A stretch of 64,000 nt of DNA from a virus (IMGVR_UViG_2684622926_000002:1-64000), one strand, 5' to 3'; counted from the stretch's first letter, positions 22,255 through 33,293 are shown. Notes: generated from the sequence alone by a model not told the origin. Translations and numbers: made by a program.

Positions 22255-22387
22255 GTTTAAAGACCCAGTAATGCTCCAAAGGCTCGCTGAACTCGACAGA
22301 ATGGACAACACCGAAAAAAGCCATATTCTGCACGTGCTCGACGGTTTTATTAAATCCGTAAAACTTAAAAATATTGCTGCACTGTAA
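22255..22387 (+). pseudogene. 3' fragment of an XRE regulator (paralog of 32299..32655)
   Basis: DLFKDPVMLQRL...HILHVLDGFIKSVKLKNIAAL*. Confidence 0.75.
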
Positions 22388-22440
22388 AATAAACAAAGCC
22401 ACTCATTTGAGTGGCTTTAATGTTTGTATACAATTCAGTT

Positions 22441-22800
22441 TTACAAGACTCTTATATCATTAATTTCAATTTTTGGCACTCCATTGTCGTTATAGCAAGA
22501 CAATGACAATGTTAAATCACTTCTCCCTTCCTCTTTTGTCCAAAGGGGTAAATAAATATCAATTCTATTTTCAGAGGTAATATCGTATGCTTCTGCTATT
22601 GAGAATGCCTTATCAGGCAATGAAACAATAGTACATCCGTAATCGTCAATAACTCTTTTCAAATCTTCAATATTAACTCTTCCGTTTTGCCCATTGGTCT
22701 TAATTAAATCATATTCTTTGTTCGAAATACGAATTACTAACTTTTTTATAAGTGGCTTATATTGTTCAATCTTTTGTTCCATAGTAATGATTTTATCCAC
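22441..22800 (-). CDS. Putative immunity protein
   Basis: 119 aa with an LWTKEEGRSDLTL motif; overlaps the stop of the upstream toxin. Confidence 0.65.
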   Translation of the reverse strand: MDKIITMEQKIEQYKPLIKKLVIRISNKEYDLIKTNGQNGRVNIEDLKRVIDDYGCTIVSLPDKAFSIAEAYDITSENRIDIYLPLWTKEEGRSDLTLSLSCYNDNGVPKIEINDIRVL

Positions 22801-23250
22801 ATCCTTTTCTATTTCTAGGACGACGTGTAACTGTATCTTTTGTTACACCAATAGACTCGAAATATTTATCTGCGTCAAGAATTGCTGCCCGTGCTTGTTC
22901 TAGTGATAAACCTACTTCTCTTAGAGCTCGATAACCAATTCTTCGTTCTGCTCCATATGTTCCTCCTCCTGCCATTCTTTGGCTTGTGTTGCTTTATAGT
23001 GCGGAGTTCCTATTTGCGTAGAAGGACCTTCTAACTGAACGCCAGGTGCTTTATTGGTATCGTATTCTGGTAATCTCTAATGGCTGCATCTTGAATTACG
23101 TAATGAGCATCTTTTAATCCTGCAGAGCGTAATTCCCCAATGGGTGTCGTAGCTCCTTCTAATCCCAATAGATCAACCCAAGTGTTTGTATCTTTCACAT
23201 AGGCATAAAAATTAGGCTGACCGCTGAGTAACCCAATGGGGTCTTTGCTT
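22793..23250 (-). pseudogene. Rhs tip plus HNH/Tox-SHH-like nuclease toxin, frameshifted
   Basis: WVDLLGL EGATTPIGELRSAGLKDAHYVIQDAA...APGVQLEGPST..GTPHYKAT..QRMAGGGTYGAER. Confidence 0.55.
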
Positions 23251-23624
23251 ATATAGGTTCCTGAATTACTTTCGTAATATCGGAAACGATTATAATAGCG
23301 TCCTCCAAGTTCCTCATCCTCATACTGACCAAGCAGCCTGAAAGGTTAGAAATGCTTATTGTTAAAGCAATCTTCCCAGATTCTACCATAAATATCAAAC
23401 GCAACCTGCCAAACAAGTTTTCCTTTTTCATCGTAATCCTGAGCGGGGCTTTCAAAATAATCAGATAGAATAAAGTAGGTGTTATCATCCGATATTTTAG
23501 CAGTTGGCACTAAACTTCCATCTTCATACAGCCAAGTAATAACGTTATGGGGCGGTTCAGTGTAACTATCCCCTAAAATAGTAGATAAAAAAGTAGAAAC
23601 TTCTCTATAATATTTTTATGACAA

Positions 23625-23892
23625 CCCTAAACAAAAAGGTCGATTTTTCAAAATAAGAAATTCAACAATTTCTAACCACATTAAACCATTTTAAACATTT
23701 TGAAGATTACCAGCAGCTAGGTTATACGCTGCATTCAGTTGGTAATATTATGCCAACAGCTTTACTGGCAGAAACGGAATGCAAAAGCCTTACCCTTTGC
23801 CACAAACCGCTGGACTTATACAATATCTTTACCCTTATTAAAATCCTTATTCCCAAGGACGAACTCGAACTTTTGGATAAGCTCAATGCTTA
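23625..23892 (+). pseudogene. Small conserved Rhs-locus protein ending ...IPKDELELLDKL (internal stop); second copy at ~26981-27255
   Basis: MTTLNKKVDFSK*EIQQFL...LIKILIPKDELELLDKLNA. 3' fragments recur at ~12640, 15910, 28780, 30910 and 34300. Confidence 0.6.
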
Positions 23893-23950
23893 AAAAATAA
23901 AAAAACCAACTTTAAATGTTGGCTTTTTTGTTTCTTATAAGCAATTACGT

Positions 23951-24280
23951 CTAACCTTTTATTATTTCAAATTTTGGAAATTGTTCTATAACAAATTTTA
24001 ATCTATCAGTAATATCTATTATATGCTGATCATTACCTTTAGAAAGCACATCATTTATTTCTAAGCTAAACAAATCTAATTGCTCTGGATTTTGCATAAT
24101 TCCAAAATAAAAACCTAATATATTATCGGTATAAATAAAAGGAACTTCATCACGTAAGTAATTGTCTAACCCGTAAAACATTTCTTCTTTATCAAAAATT
24201 AACTTAGATAATATATTACCTACTTTAATAATATCTTTTTCAGAATATTTAAAAATTACATTTCCTTTAAAATATTTCAT
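23951..24280 (-). CDS. Putative immunity protein
   Basis: 109 aa, downstream of the toxin at 24368..24730. Confidence 0.6.
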   Translation of the reverse strand: MKYFKGNVIFKYSEKDIIKVGNILSKLIFDKEEMFYGLDNYLRDEVPFIYTDNILGFYFGIMQNPEQLDLFSLEINDVLSKGNDQHIIDITDRLKFVIEQFPKFEIIKG

Positions 24281-24367
24281 TTTTATTGATTAATTTAATA
24301 TTATACTTATAAAATATTTGCACACCTTCATCTATTAAACTCCCTATTTTTCCTGATTTAAATATCC

Positions 24368-24730
24368 TTATATCCATAGGTTTTTAGGGTCAAATCTATA
24401 TCCAGAAAAACTATCAATAAACACATTTTCCATTTCATTAACAATATCACCTGCTCCAGTTTTTCTCATTCCCCGCCACCAATCATTTTTAGAAAATACA
24501 TCTGAATCATATAGTTTGTCAATAACAATAAAAACATCAATATTTGTGGGATCAAAAGGTGCATTTCCTTTATGAGGGCCTTTTACGCCTGTTGCGGCAG
24601 AACCTCTAAAACCTATTTGAGCATTAGGAGCTAGTTTCTTAATTTTATCTTCAAAATCTTTTAAAATACTTTGTATTTTTTTATTGACATCTTTAAATCC
24701 ACACTCATTTAACCCGAACGGGTCAACCAT
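24368..24730 (-). CDS. Orphan Rhs toxin, nucleotidyltransferase-like (3' end probably frameshifted)
   Basis: VDPFGL, then IGFRGSAATG...FDPTNIDVFIV, a GS plus acidic-pair pattern as in pol-beta NTases. Confidence 0.5.
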   Translation of the reverse strand: MVDPFGLNECGFKDVNKKIQSILKDFEDKIKKLAPNAQIGFRGSAATGVKGPHKGNAPFDPTNIDVFIVIDKLYDSDVFSKNDWWRGMRKTGAGDIVNEMENVFIDSFSGYRFDPKNLWI

Positions 24731-25466
24731 CGTATTTGAGTCGTGAGTATAGGCGTATAAATTCGGGTTATTCCCTGCGAGTCCGATGGGGTCTTTGCTA
24801 ATGTAGGAACCTGTTTCAGGAGAGTAGTACCGGAAACGGTTGTGATCTAACTTGGTGCATCTTTTTTCTTCGCGCGAGGTTTTACTTTTAGCTTAAACTC
24901 TGTTCCAGTTGAAACAAAAAGATAAAAGTATAATGAAAAAAAACAGATACCTTTTCATAGAATCAAAGATAAATTTTTTCTTCCAAATAAAATAAAAAGA
25001 TTAGACGTATTTTTAGTTGTTTATAGGGAATGCTTTTAGGAGTTGGCTGATAAACAACTAAAAAACGTACGAGGTCTTTTGTAACTCGTTACAAAAACGA
25101 GTTTTAAGCGGTGTTGCGAGCAGTAAAGCGAGAGTGCAAGCGCAGGCGGTGAGATCTTGCCCAAAATAAAATCCATTCCTTAGACCATTTTGGCGAATAA
25201 ACTGCCCGTGAACAGCGTCACAGGTGGTTTACCTATTTTCAAATGAACTTCGTCGCCGTGGCGCGCTGCACCAGCCTACAAGCAAAAAAGATAAGCTGTG
25301 GCGGATGCTTCAGCAGACGAAGAAAAAACGGATGAGGAGAAGCGAAACACGTGAAGAGTGCAAGGGTAAGCAAGCGTTAGTAAAGCTGGAGCGCAAGCAC
25401 CGGAACAGAGTTTGAGCGCCTACGAATGCCTTTTTAAAATAAGTTTTATTCTTCCCCTTTTAATAA

Positions 25467-25835
25467 TCAATTATTATTTTTATAGGTAAATAGTAAAGTT
25501 TTACTTTCTGCTTCATAAACCCGAATTTCATTTTTTATTGTTCTACCAATATATTCTATAAAATCAAATACAGGCTTTAATTCTTCCATTGTTAATGAAT
25601 AAACAGAACTAGTGAATAGAGAGATAACATTTTCACCTTTGTACTCTGAGGTAAGCTCCAAATTAAGTGAGATTATTTTTAATTGATTTTCAATATTAGA
25701 ATGCTCAAAATTTAAATCTCCTTTTTCGAAATATTCAATAGCATACTTCTGTTCTAAAATACTTTTTAATACTAGCCAGTTTTGTAATGAAGTATTGAGT
25801 AGTTGGATTTCTATTATTAGGCTTTCTGATTGCAT
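25467..25835 (-). CDS. Duplicate of 20537..20938
   Basis: Near-identical protein; part of a ~1 kb direct duplication. Confidence 0.6.
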   Translation of the reverse strand: MQSESLIIEIQLLNTSLQNWLVLKSILEQKYAIEYFEKGDLNFEHSNIENQLKIISLNLELTSEYKGENVISLFTSSVYSLTMEELKPVFDFIEYIGRTIKNEIRVYEAESKTLLFTYKNNN

Positions 25836-25909
25836 AAGGCAAAGCTAAAAATAAAAAGCCAACTTTTTAAAGTTGGCTTTTTGTTATTTAAATTCTATTC
25901 GACTACTAA

Positions 25910-26248
25910 CTATTTGTACTTATTTTCACAAATAATTACACCTGATAATCCTACTGATGAATTTATATAAAAAATTAATAAATCAGTATTTATATAATTT
26001 TTTAAAAAAGGATAATCTTCCATTATGGGAACTGGCAGTTCATTTGTTTTATAACTATTGATTTCAAATATAACATTTTGATCTGAAAAGAAATTAAATT
26101 CAAACTGAAGAATATTTGAAAAAATAATCTCTTGAGAGTTATCACAAAGTAATTTTAAAATATTTTGGCTTTTATCATGATAAATACCATTAATACTTAT
26201 ATCATGATAATCTTTATACACATGTAAATTTTCCATTTTTTGCATCAT
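25910..26248 (-). CDS. Putative immunity protein
   Basis: Overlaps the 3' end of the toxin at 26214..26567. Confidence 0.6.
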   Translation of the reverse strand: MMQKMENLHVYKDYHDISINGIYHDKSQNILKLLCDNSQEIIFSNILQFEFNFFSDQNVIFEINSYKTNELPVPIMEDYPFLKNYINTDLLIFYINSSVGLSGVIICENKYK

Positions 26249-26567
26249 CTATTAACGATAAATCATCAGAATCAATAACTCTTCCATCACTCCTTACTTT
26301 ATTAGGGGCTTTATCTGATGGATAATCCCAATCATGAGCATGAGGATCTCCAAAACCATGATCATGTCCAAAATCTATATCTTTTACAGGATTACCATTA
26401 GAATCATAAGTTCTTATTTGAATTATATCTCCTGTTTCTGGATTTGTTTTAACAAGAGTTCCATTACTAGGACCATAGACACCTGTTCTACTTCCTTCTG
26501 GTAATCTACTACTCATTGGTTTTCTCGCCAACCCAAATGGATCAATATAGAAATTAATATCCTTCAC
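26214..26567 (-). CDS. Orphan Rhs toxin, Ntox24-like predicted RNase (intact tip)
   Basis: IDPFGL then GPSNGTL...QIRTYDSNG..VKDIDFGHDHG..DPHAH. Confidence 0.55.
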   Translation of the reverse strand: MKDINFYIDPFGLARKPMSSRLPEGSRTGVYGPSNGTLVKTNPETGDIIQIRTYDSNGNPVKDIDFGHDHGFGDPHAHDWDYPSDKAPNKVRSDGRVIDSDDLSLIDDAKNGKFTCV

Positions 26568-27389
26568 ATATCCATAAACATTCAGCCCACCATCTATCCC
26601 AATCGGGTCTTTACTAATATACGCGCCTGTTTTGGGGGAGTAGTAACGGAAACGATTATAATAGCGTCCTCCAAGTTCCTCATACTGACCAAGTTGCCTG
26701 AAAAGTTAGAAATGCTTATTGTTAAAGCTATCTTCCCGTATTCTACCATAAATATCAAACTCTACCTGCCAAACAAGCTTTCCTTTTTCATCGTAATCCT
26801 GAGCGGGACTTTAAAATAATCAGATAGAATAAAGTAGGTGTTATCATCCGATATTTTAGTAGTTGGCACTAAACTAAACTTCCATCTTCATACAGCCAAA
26901 TAGTAACGTTATGGGTCGGTTCAGTGTAACTATCCCCTAAAATAGTACATAAAAAAGTAGAAACTTCTCTATAATATTTTTATGACAACCCTAAACAAAA
27001 AGGTCGATTTTTCAAAATAAGAAATTCAACAATTTCTAACCACATTAAACCATTTTAAACATTTAGAAGATTACCAGCAGCTAGGTTATACGCTGCATTC
27101 ACTTGGTAATATTATGCAAACGGCTTTACTGGCTGAAATGGAACATCCTAAATATTCCAACCATAATAAATGGGATATGTACAATCTTCTATCTCTTATC
27201 AAAAGCCTGGTTCCTAGTAACAAATTGGAATTGCTTGATAAACTCAACGATTAAACAGAAGAGGCTGTCCAAAAGAAGGATAGCCTCATTTTTATAAATT
27301 CTTTTCAATTAGTTCAGAAAATGAGTTTGAATATAGTTCTTCATACTCATTATCATGATAAGAAATTAGATCATTTCAATTATATATAT

Positions 27390-27611
27390 CTATTTTTTAT
27401 TTTTAACAAACTTAAATATTTTGAAATGTTCTTTATCATTTATCATTAATCTTGCCATAGGAACATCTATCATTATATTTCCACACTTACATTCAGAAAA
27501 TGTTTCGGGCAAACTATTTACATTGGTATTACACAATGTACATTCATAATAAATATTTTTTCCTGTAGGATAGCCTTTCTCTTTTTGATAAGTTATATAT
27601 TCTTTTTCCAT
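27390..27611 (-). CDS. Small Cys-motif immunity-like protein
   Basis: 73 aa with CxxC...CxC; follows the TNT-like toxin. Confidence 0.55.
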   Translation of the reverse strand: MEKEYITYQKEKGYPTGKNIYYECTLCNTNVNSLPETFSECKCGNIMIDVPMARLMINDKEHFKIFKFVKNKK

Positions 27612-27621
27612 TTTTATAATT

Positions 27622-28080
27622 CTAAGGACATATTATCTTTCGATCAACAACTTCCAAATGCCCTGAATCAATTAAATCTCCTATTGTTTTATTTTTAGTA
27701 AAGAATTGTTGAGCTTCTCCTTTTTTACCTAACCAAGGGGTTATATCTCCAGCATCAACTTCAAATAATTTCTTAACTCTATATGTTGTTAATATGGTAC
27801 CTTCTTTTACTGGTAACATAGCCCTATTTGTAAAGGGAACTCCTGACTCTGCTAAGAATTTACCTCTATGATTAAAAACTCCTTCAGTGTCAAACTAACC
27901 ACCATATCTATCTAACAACATACCTTGAGATAAATTTACTGTATTCCTACCACCTGAAAATCCATCATTTTGAGGCCATGCAAATTTTGTAAATTTTCCG
28001 TCTGAATCATGCCATCTACCAGTGTTATCAATTTTATATGGCGTACCTTTAGGTTAAGCCATCAACCCGAACGGGTCAAC
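27622..28080 (-). pseudogene. Rhs toxin, TNT/DUF4237 NAD glycohydrolase family, inactivated
   Basis: AWPQNDGF...LLDRYGG*...GKFLAESGVPFTNRAML...YRVKK..V.AG.ITPW.G..G..QQF. Confidence 0.75.
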
Positions 28081-28909
28081 CTGTGTATTAGAGCCGTGAG
28101 TTTAAGCGTATAAATTTGGGTTATTCCCAGCAAGTCCGATAGAGTCTTTGCTTATATAAGTTACTGATTTACTATCGTAATATCGGAAACGATTGTGGTC
28201 TAACCCTGTGTATCCTTTTTCTTCGCGCGAGGTTTTACGTTTAGCTTCATTCTGTTACAGTTGAAATAAAAAGATAAAAGTACAATCAAAAAAAACAGAT
28301 ACCTTTTCATAGAATCAAAGATAAATTTTTTCTTCCAAATGAAATAAAAAGATTAGACGTATTTTTAGTAGTTTATAGAGGATGCTTTCTGAGTTGGCGG
28401 ATAAACAACTAAAAAACGTACGAGGTCTTTTGTAACTCGTTACAAAAACGAGCTTTAAGCGGTGTTGCGAGCAGTAAAGCGAGAGTGCAAGCGCGAGCGG
28501 TGAGATCTTGCCAAAAATAAAATCCATTCCTTAGACTATTTTGGCGAATAAACTGCCCGTGAACGGTGTCACAGGTGGTTTACTTATTTTCAAATGAACT
28601 TCGTCGCCGTGGCGCGCTGCACCAGTCTGCGAGCAAAAAGATAAACTGTGGCGGATGCGCCAGCAGACGAAGAAACAGCGGATGAGGAGAAGCGAAACAC
28701 GTGAAGAGTGCAAGGGTAAGCAAGCGTTAGCGAAGCTGGAGCGCAAGCACCGGAACAGAGTTTAAGCGTTGACGAATGCCTTCTACAACTCATGCGTTCC
28801 CTTATCCCTGAAGAGGAACTCGAACTCCTTGATAAGAAAAATAGTTAAATGAAAAAGCCAACTTTTATAAGTTGGCTTTTGGTGTTATTTCTATTCTATA
28901 AATAATATA

Positions 28910-29194
28910 TTATCTATTATTACATATTAACTCAAAACTTTTTTTAGGAATAAACGAAAATTTACCAAGCAAAATTATTCTTCCTGTCATACCTATATCT
29001 ATTGTAGGAATAGATTTTTTATACATTAAAATATCTAAAATTTTATAATTAACTTCATTAATATTAAGATCATCTTTAAAAGTTGTAAAAATATCTCCAA
29101 TATTTAAAACATCTCCTTCTATAAATCTTCCATTTACCCAAAATGAATTAATATCTATTTCGCCATAGAATTCAACTTGAAATATATTTTTCAT
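28910..29194 (-). CDS. Putative immunity protein
   Basis: 94 aa, predicted beta-rich; downstream of an ART-like toxin. Confidence 0.55.
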   Translation of the reverse strand: MKNIFQVEFYGEIDINSFWVNGRFIEGDVLNIGDIFTTFKDDLNINEVNYKILDILMYKKSIPTIDIGMTGRIILLGKFSFIPKKSFELICNNR

Positions 29195-29199
29195 AATAT

Positions 29200-29651
29200 T
29201 ATTTATTTACATAATGCTTTTGTTCTTTTAACAAATTCATTTATTTCTGCATCAGACATTGATCCTAATTGTTTAAATGTATTGGATAGATCCCCAATAG
29301 ATACTTTAGTAGGAACATCATACCCCATTTTTTTAAGATAGCTGTTGCATCCTTTGCGGATATTTCAGCAGTTGCTAATTACCTTAAATCATTTGGTAAC
29401 ATATCTATTCCTACTTTATTTTCAAATGACGCTAAAACATTACCATCTAATATTTTAGATGAATCTATAGCACCTTTATCAAATATTTGTACAACAGCCT
29501 CTCCATAATTAGAAGAATGATTAGCAAATATTGTTGCTACTCTTGGTTCTGTCATCACAGGTGTTATACCTATTCTTTGAGTAGCATTACTTCCATTAAA
29601 CCCTATAGGTGTACCTCTAAAAAATGGATCCAACCCCAGCGCGTCGACCAT
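29200..29651 (-). pseudogene. Rhs toxin, ADP-ribosyltransferase-like, frameshifted
   Basis: DALGL DPFFRGT...ITPVMTEPRVATIFA...FENKV, an R-S/T-E-like pattern; continues in another frame to LCK*. Confidence 0.45.
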
Positions 29652-29773
29652 CCTATTAAAGTCATGAGTATACGCATTCGAGTTATTCCCAGCAAGTCCG
29701 ATAGGTTTTTTGCTTATATTAAGTTACTAATTTACTATCGTAATATCGGAAACGATTGTGATAAATTATCCCT

Positions 29774-30445
29774 TTATAAAATTTCCTCTATTGAATTTCT
29801 AAATATTTCATTCTCCTTAATTTCATTAGGAAGTTTCTTAATAAACATATCAAGTTCATCTTTTCCTAAAAACTTTTCAATATTAAATAAGAATAGAGGT
29901 AAATTAGATGATTCTAATGTATTGCTTAGCTTTACTAAATAATTATTTGATAAATATTTTAACGCTATATTTTTATCAATATTTAATACAAAAGAAAATA
30001 TATATGGATATTCCGAACTATATTTAACTAAATATTCTAAATTATCTTTGGTATAATTAAGAGAATTATTATCTATAGAACTGATATACATTTTTAAATC
30101 ATGTTTTTCCTGTTCAATTAATTTAACTCTATCAATTATATCTTCAATTTCTAAAATTTTATTTTCAAACAATATACATTCACCAACTTTGTGAGCTCCA
30201 TCCATATAATCAAATTTAAAACCTTGTTTAAGTATTCCCTTTGGTGCATCTTCTGATAAAAAAAACACTTCATTAGCTATTGTTTTATATCCTTGATCTC
30301 TTGGTGAAATATCAAATTTAAAAGCAATACTCCATCCTTGTTTGCTTTCAGGTAAATATATTTGCGTATATAAAAGTTTAGTTGAAGGCAAAAGCCTTTT
30401 TTCTCCGTCAAATATATTTTTATTCCAATTAATTAAACATTTCAT
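29774..30445 (-). CDS. Putative immunity protein
   Basis: 223 aa, directly after the toxin at 30476..30800; a broken paralog lies at ~37020-37400 (+). Confidence 0.6.
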   Translation of the reverse strand: MKCLINWNKNIFDGEKRLLPSTKLLYTQIYLPESKQGWSIAFKFDISPRDQGYKTIANEVFFLSEDAPKGILKQGFKFDYMDGAHKVGECILFENKILEIEDIIDRVKLIEQEKHDLKMYISSIDNNSLNYTKDNLEYLVKYSSEYPYIFSFVLNIDKNIALKYLSNNYLVKLSNTLESSNLPLFLFNIEKFLGKDELDMFIKKLPNEIKENEIFRNSIEEIL

Positions 30446-30475
30446 AATTTCTATTTATATTTTACTCGATGAGAA

Positions 30476-30805
30476 TTAACACTTGTAACTTTGGTAGGTT
30501 TTTTTATTTAAATCATCAATTTCTATAGCTCTAGATTTTCCTATTCCATCCAAATCATAATCAGCTATACATGCCTTTTTAGCTATATCATTATCTATTT
30601 CAAATCCTACTACACAAAATTTACTATCTCCTTCTAAATGGCCTAATTTATGACCAAATTCTACAGCACCTTCATAACTTTCTGCAAACCATTTAGCCAT
30701 CATTCCTCCACTATCTCCTCCCATGCGCCATCCATTTTCAAGAGTATCAAAATACTCAGCTCTAGTCATAGTTCTAAATAATTCCATCAACCCAAACATT
30801 ACTAT
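30476..30805 (-). CDS. Orphan Rhs toxin (ART-like fold suspected)
   Basis: FGL MELFRTMTRAEY...KWFAESYEGAVEFG...LDGIG. Confidence 0.5.
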   Translation of the reverse strand: MVMFGLMELFRTMTRAEYFDTLENGWRMGGDSGGMMAKWFAESYEGAVEFGHKLGHLEGDSKFCVVGFEIDNDIAKKACIADYDLDGIGKSRAIEIDDLNKKTYQSYKC

Positions 30806-31027
30806 CATGCGTATACGCATACCAATTTGGGTTATTTCCAGCAAGTCCGATAGGGTCTTTGCTTATATAAATTCCTGAATTACTATCGTAATATCGGAAA
30901 CGATTGGAATATGTACAATCTTCTATCTCTCATTAAATGCCTTATTCCCGAACCTGAACTGGAACTCTTAGACAAAGTAAATAATTAAATGAAAAAGGCT
31001 GTCTCTTTTTGAGGCAGCCTCTTGGTT

Positions 31028-31261
31028 TTATAAATTTATTTTTAATTTTTCTTTTACTAATTTTTTAATTTCACCCTCGGTCATTTCAAATTCTGATCCT
31101 GCATCTATAATCATAATATCTTCAACAATATCATACAAATCTTTGTCAGATATTTTATGCTTCAAATAAAAATCAAAAGCATATTTAGTGGCTAATTCTG
31201 AACTATAACCTTGTTTGAATATAAGCCGTAATCCTTCTATAAATTCTTCTCTTAAATCCAT
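31028..31261 (-). CDS. Small orphan immunity-like protein
   Basis: 77 aa with an IDAGSEFEMT motif; its upstream partner has been replaced by an IS3 remnant. Confidence 0.5.
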   Translation of the reverse strand: MDLREEFIEGLRLIFKQGYSSELATKYAFDFYLKHKISDKDLYDIVEDIMIIDAGSEFEMTEGEIKKLVKEKLKINL

Positions 31262-31274
31262 ATTTCCCTACTAA

Positions 31275-32267
31275 TGACATCCTTTATGGCTCAATGAACG
31301 AGTGATCCACAATACCTAAAACAACTATCGAGTAATTGATTATCAAACTCTTTTCCTCGGTCTGAATGAAATAGTGCGATTGAGGATAATATAGCTTTAA
31401 TTTGGCTTAATGCTTGCATAACAAGCTCGGCTGTTTTGTGTTGTCCAATCCGGATATCTTTCATGCTGAGAGTGCGAGTAATACCCCCAGATAATTCCAT
31501 TTTTGCCTCACTTTTATATAAGTCAAATCAGCGACAATGACATTTGTTTTCAAGCTAACAGTAAAATTTTATTGTAAAAGATAGCAATTGCAAAAGAATT
31601 AACTTCTATAAAAATGTTTTTATACCGTTTTACGGTATGTTTTGCTCTCAATGATAATACTTTCATGACTTTAGCCACATAACAACGCGATAGGATTATA
31701 CTTTGATTTGACAACGCTTTTCGTATCCTTCGCGTACCATAAGATTGATAGCTACGATTAAAAATAGATTGAATCTCTTGTGCATACTTTAAAACTTTTT
31801 TCTCAAGGCGCGTATTGCACTGATAATAAAAGTAATGCCTTGATATAGCTAAACATCGACACAACCAACTCAATGAATGGCGATGTCGATTTGATGGTAT
31901 CACTGCGATTTTCGTCCCATTATCAGTGCGGCTTGCTTTAGGATTTCGTTTTCCATCAATAACCGTTTATTCTCTTTGCGCAAGGCTAGCAACTCATTAT
32001 CTTCAGTACTTCGATTATCTTTAGTTTTGAATGAACCCGTTGTGGAGTATTGTGTTATCCATCTATCTAACGCTGATGGCGTTAACTCATACTGTAAAAC
32101 TCATTCACTGCGGGTTTTACCTTGTTGATATAACGTTACCATCTGCTATTTAAAATCATCTGTATAGGTTCGTCTTTCTCGTCGTATTATTTTCATCGTA
32201 TTTTCCTTTTTTGGGGTAGTTTATCTTATCCCTTAAAAAAGTTGTACGAATTAGTGTAGCCTATCCA
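31275..32267 (-). mobile_element. IS3-family element, degraded, with left IR
   Basis: IR TGGATAGGCTACACTAATTCGTACAAC at 32267; orfA fragment (RRYTDDFK); orfB HTH (31550..31903) and integrase core (31291..31500, FHSDRGKEF). Confidence 0.85.
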
Positions 32268-32298
32268 AGTTAAATCACGGTTTTTATAACCCTTTTAA

Positions 32299-32655
32299 GT
32301 GTTTTTTATTATGGATAATTTTGGTAAAAGAGTAGCCTCTTTACGGAAGGAAAGAAAGATGACACAAGATGAATTAGCTAAATTGTTGAATACTTCTATT
32401 TCTGTTATTGGCAGGTATGAAAGAGATGAAATGCCCCCTAGTATTGAGGTAGCTAAAAAAATTGCAGGTTTTTTAAAAACTACTGTAGGATATTTATTAG
32501 GAGAAACAGATAAAGCAGATTTATTTAAAGATCCAATTATGTTACAGCGTTTAAGTGATCTTGAAAATATGCAGAGTGAAGATAAAAACCATATTTTACA
32601 TCTCCTTGATGGCTTTATTAAATCCGTAAAACTTAAAAATATTGCTGCACTGTAA
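32299..32655 (+). CDS. XRE-family helix-turn-helix regulator
   Basis: FGKRVASLRKERKMTQDELAKLLNTSISVIGRYERDE..PSIEVAKKIA. Confidence 0.9.
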   Translation: MFFIMDNFGKRVASLRKERKMTQDELAKLLNTSISVIGRYERDEMPPSIEVAKKIAGFLKTTVGYLLGETDKADLFKDPIMLQRLSDLENMQSEDKNHILHLLDGFIKSVKLKNIAAL

Positions 32656-32732
32656 AAGTAAAAAACCGCTTCGATGAAGTGCCCCCCAATAGTTGGACAA
32701 CCAATTACTGGTTTTTTTTTTAAATGAAAACT

Positions 32733-33281
32733 TTAAGGATTGAGTTTATTATTTATATCTTTCTTTAACTCTTCAGCTTTTTTTAACATAGCAAAAGATT
32801 CTGTTTCATAAAAATTATCCTCAAATTCGTTATCTTTTATTTTTTTAATTCGCTCTTCTAATAAAGGAATAAAAGCAATAGAATTAAAATCTGAAAAACG
32901 GTCTTTGTATTTTATCAATATCTCTTTTAAATAAATAAAAATATCATTACAAAGTTTGTTACGCATTTCGTCCTCTGGAAAATTTATATATTCATTTAAA
33001 ACAAGCATTTGGTCTATTACAAGTTTATCTTCTTTTTGTTTATATCGTGCATAAGACTTTAATTTACCTGCTTCAATATCTTTTATATCAAACAATCTCA
33101 AAATAATGCTTAATGATGTATGATGTCTATCTATTTTTTGCAATTGGTTAGATATAGATTCTTGCCACGCCATATTATTTAGATTGTCAATTATATATCT
33201 TACAACTTTTATTTGTTTTACATTATTTTCAAAATTTCCAGCGTATCTTGATTCGTAAGTTATCTTTAAAAAAGTACCCAT
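32733..33281 (-). CDS. Immunity protein (Imm12-like)
   Basis: 182 aa, directly after a URI-like toxin; family assigned from context and a weak motif. Confidence 0.55.
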   Translation of the reverse strand: MGTFLKITYESRYAGNFENNVKQIKVVRYIIDNLNNMAWQESISNQLQKIDRHHTSLSIILRLFDIKDIEAGKLKSYARYKQKEDKLVIDQMLVLNEYINFPEDEMRNKLCNDIFIYLKEILIKYKDRFSDFNSIAFIPLLEERIKKIKDNEFEDNFYETESFAMLKKAEELKKDINNKLNP

Positions 33282-33293
33282 AAGTTATTGTCT

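Noticed and set aside
23249-23488. ORF 23249..23488 as a gene
   Set aside because: Off-frame reading of a degenerate Rhs tip.
20346-28793. ORFs 20346..20540, 25224..25415, 28315..28527, 28531..28746 and 28590..28793
   Set aside because: They fall inside the non-coding repeat, and frames and strands differ between copies.
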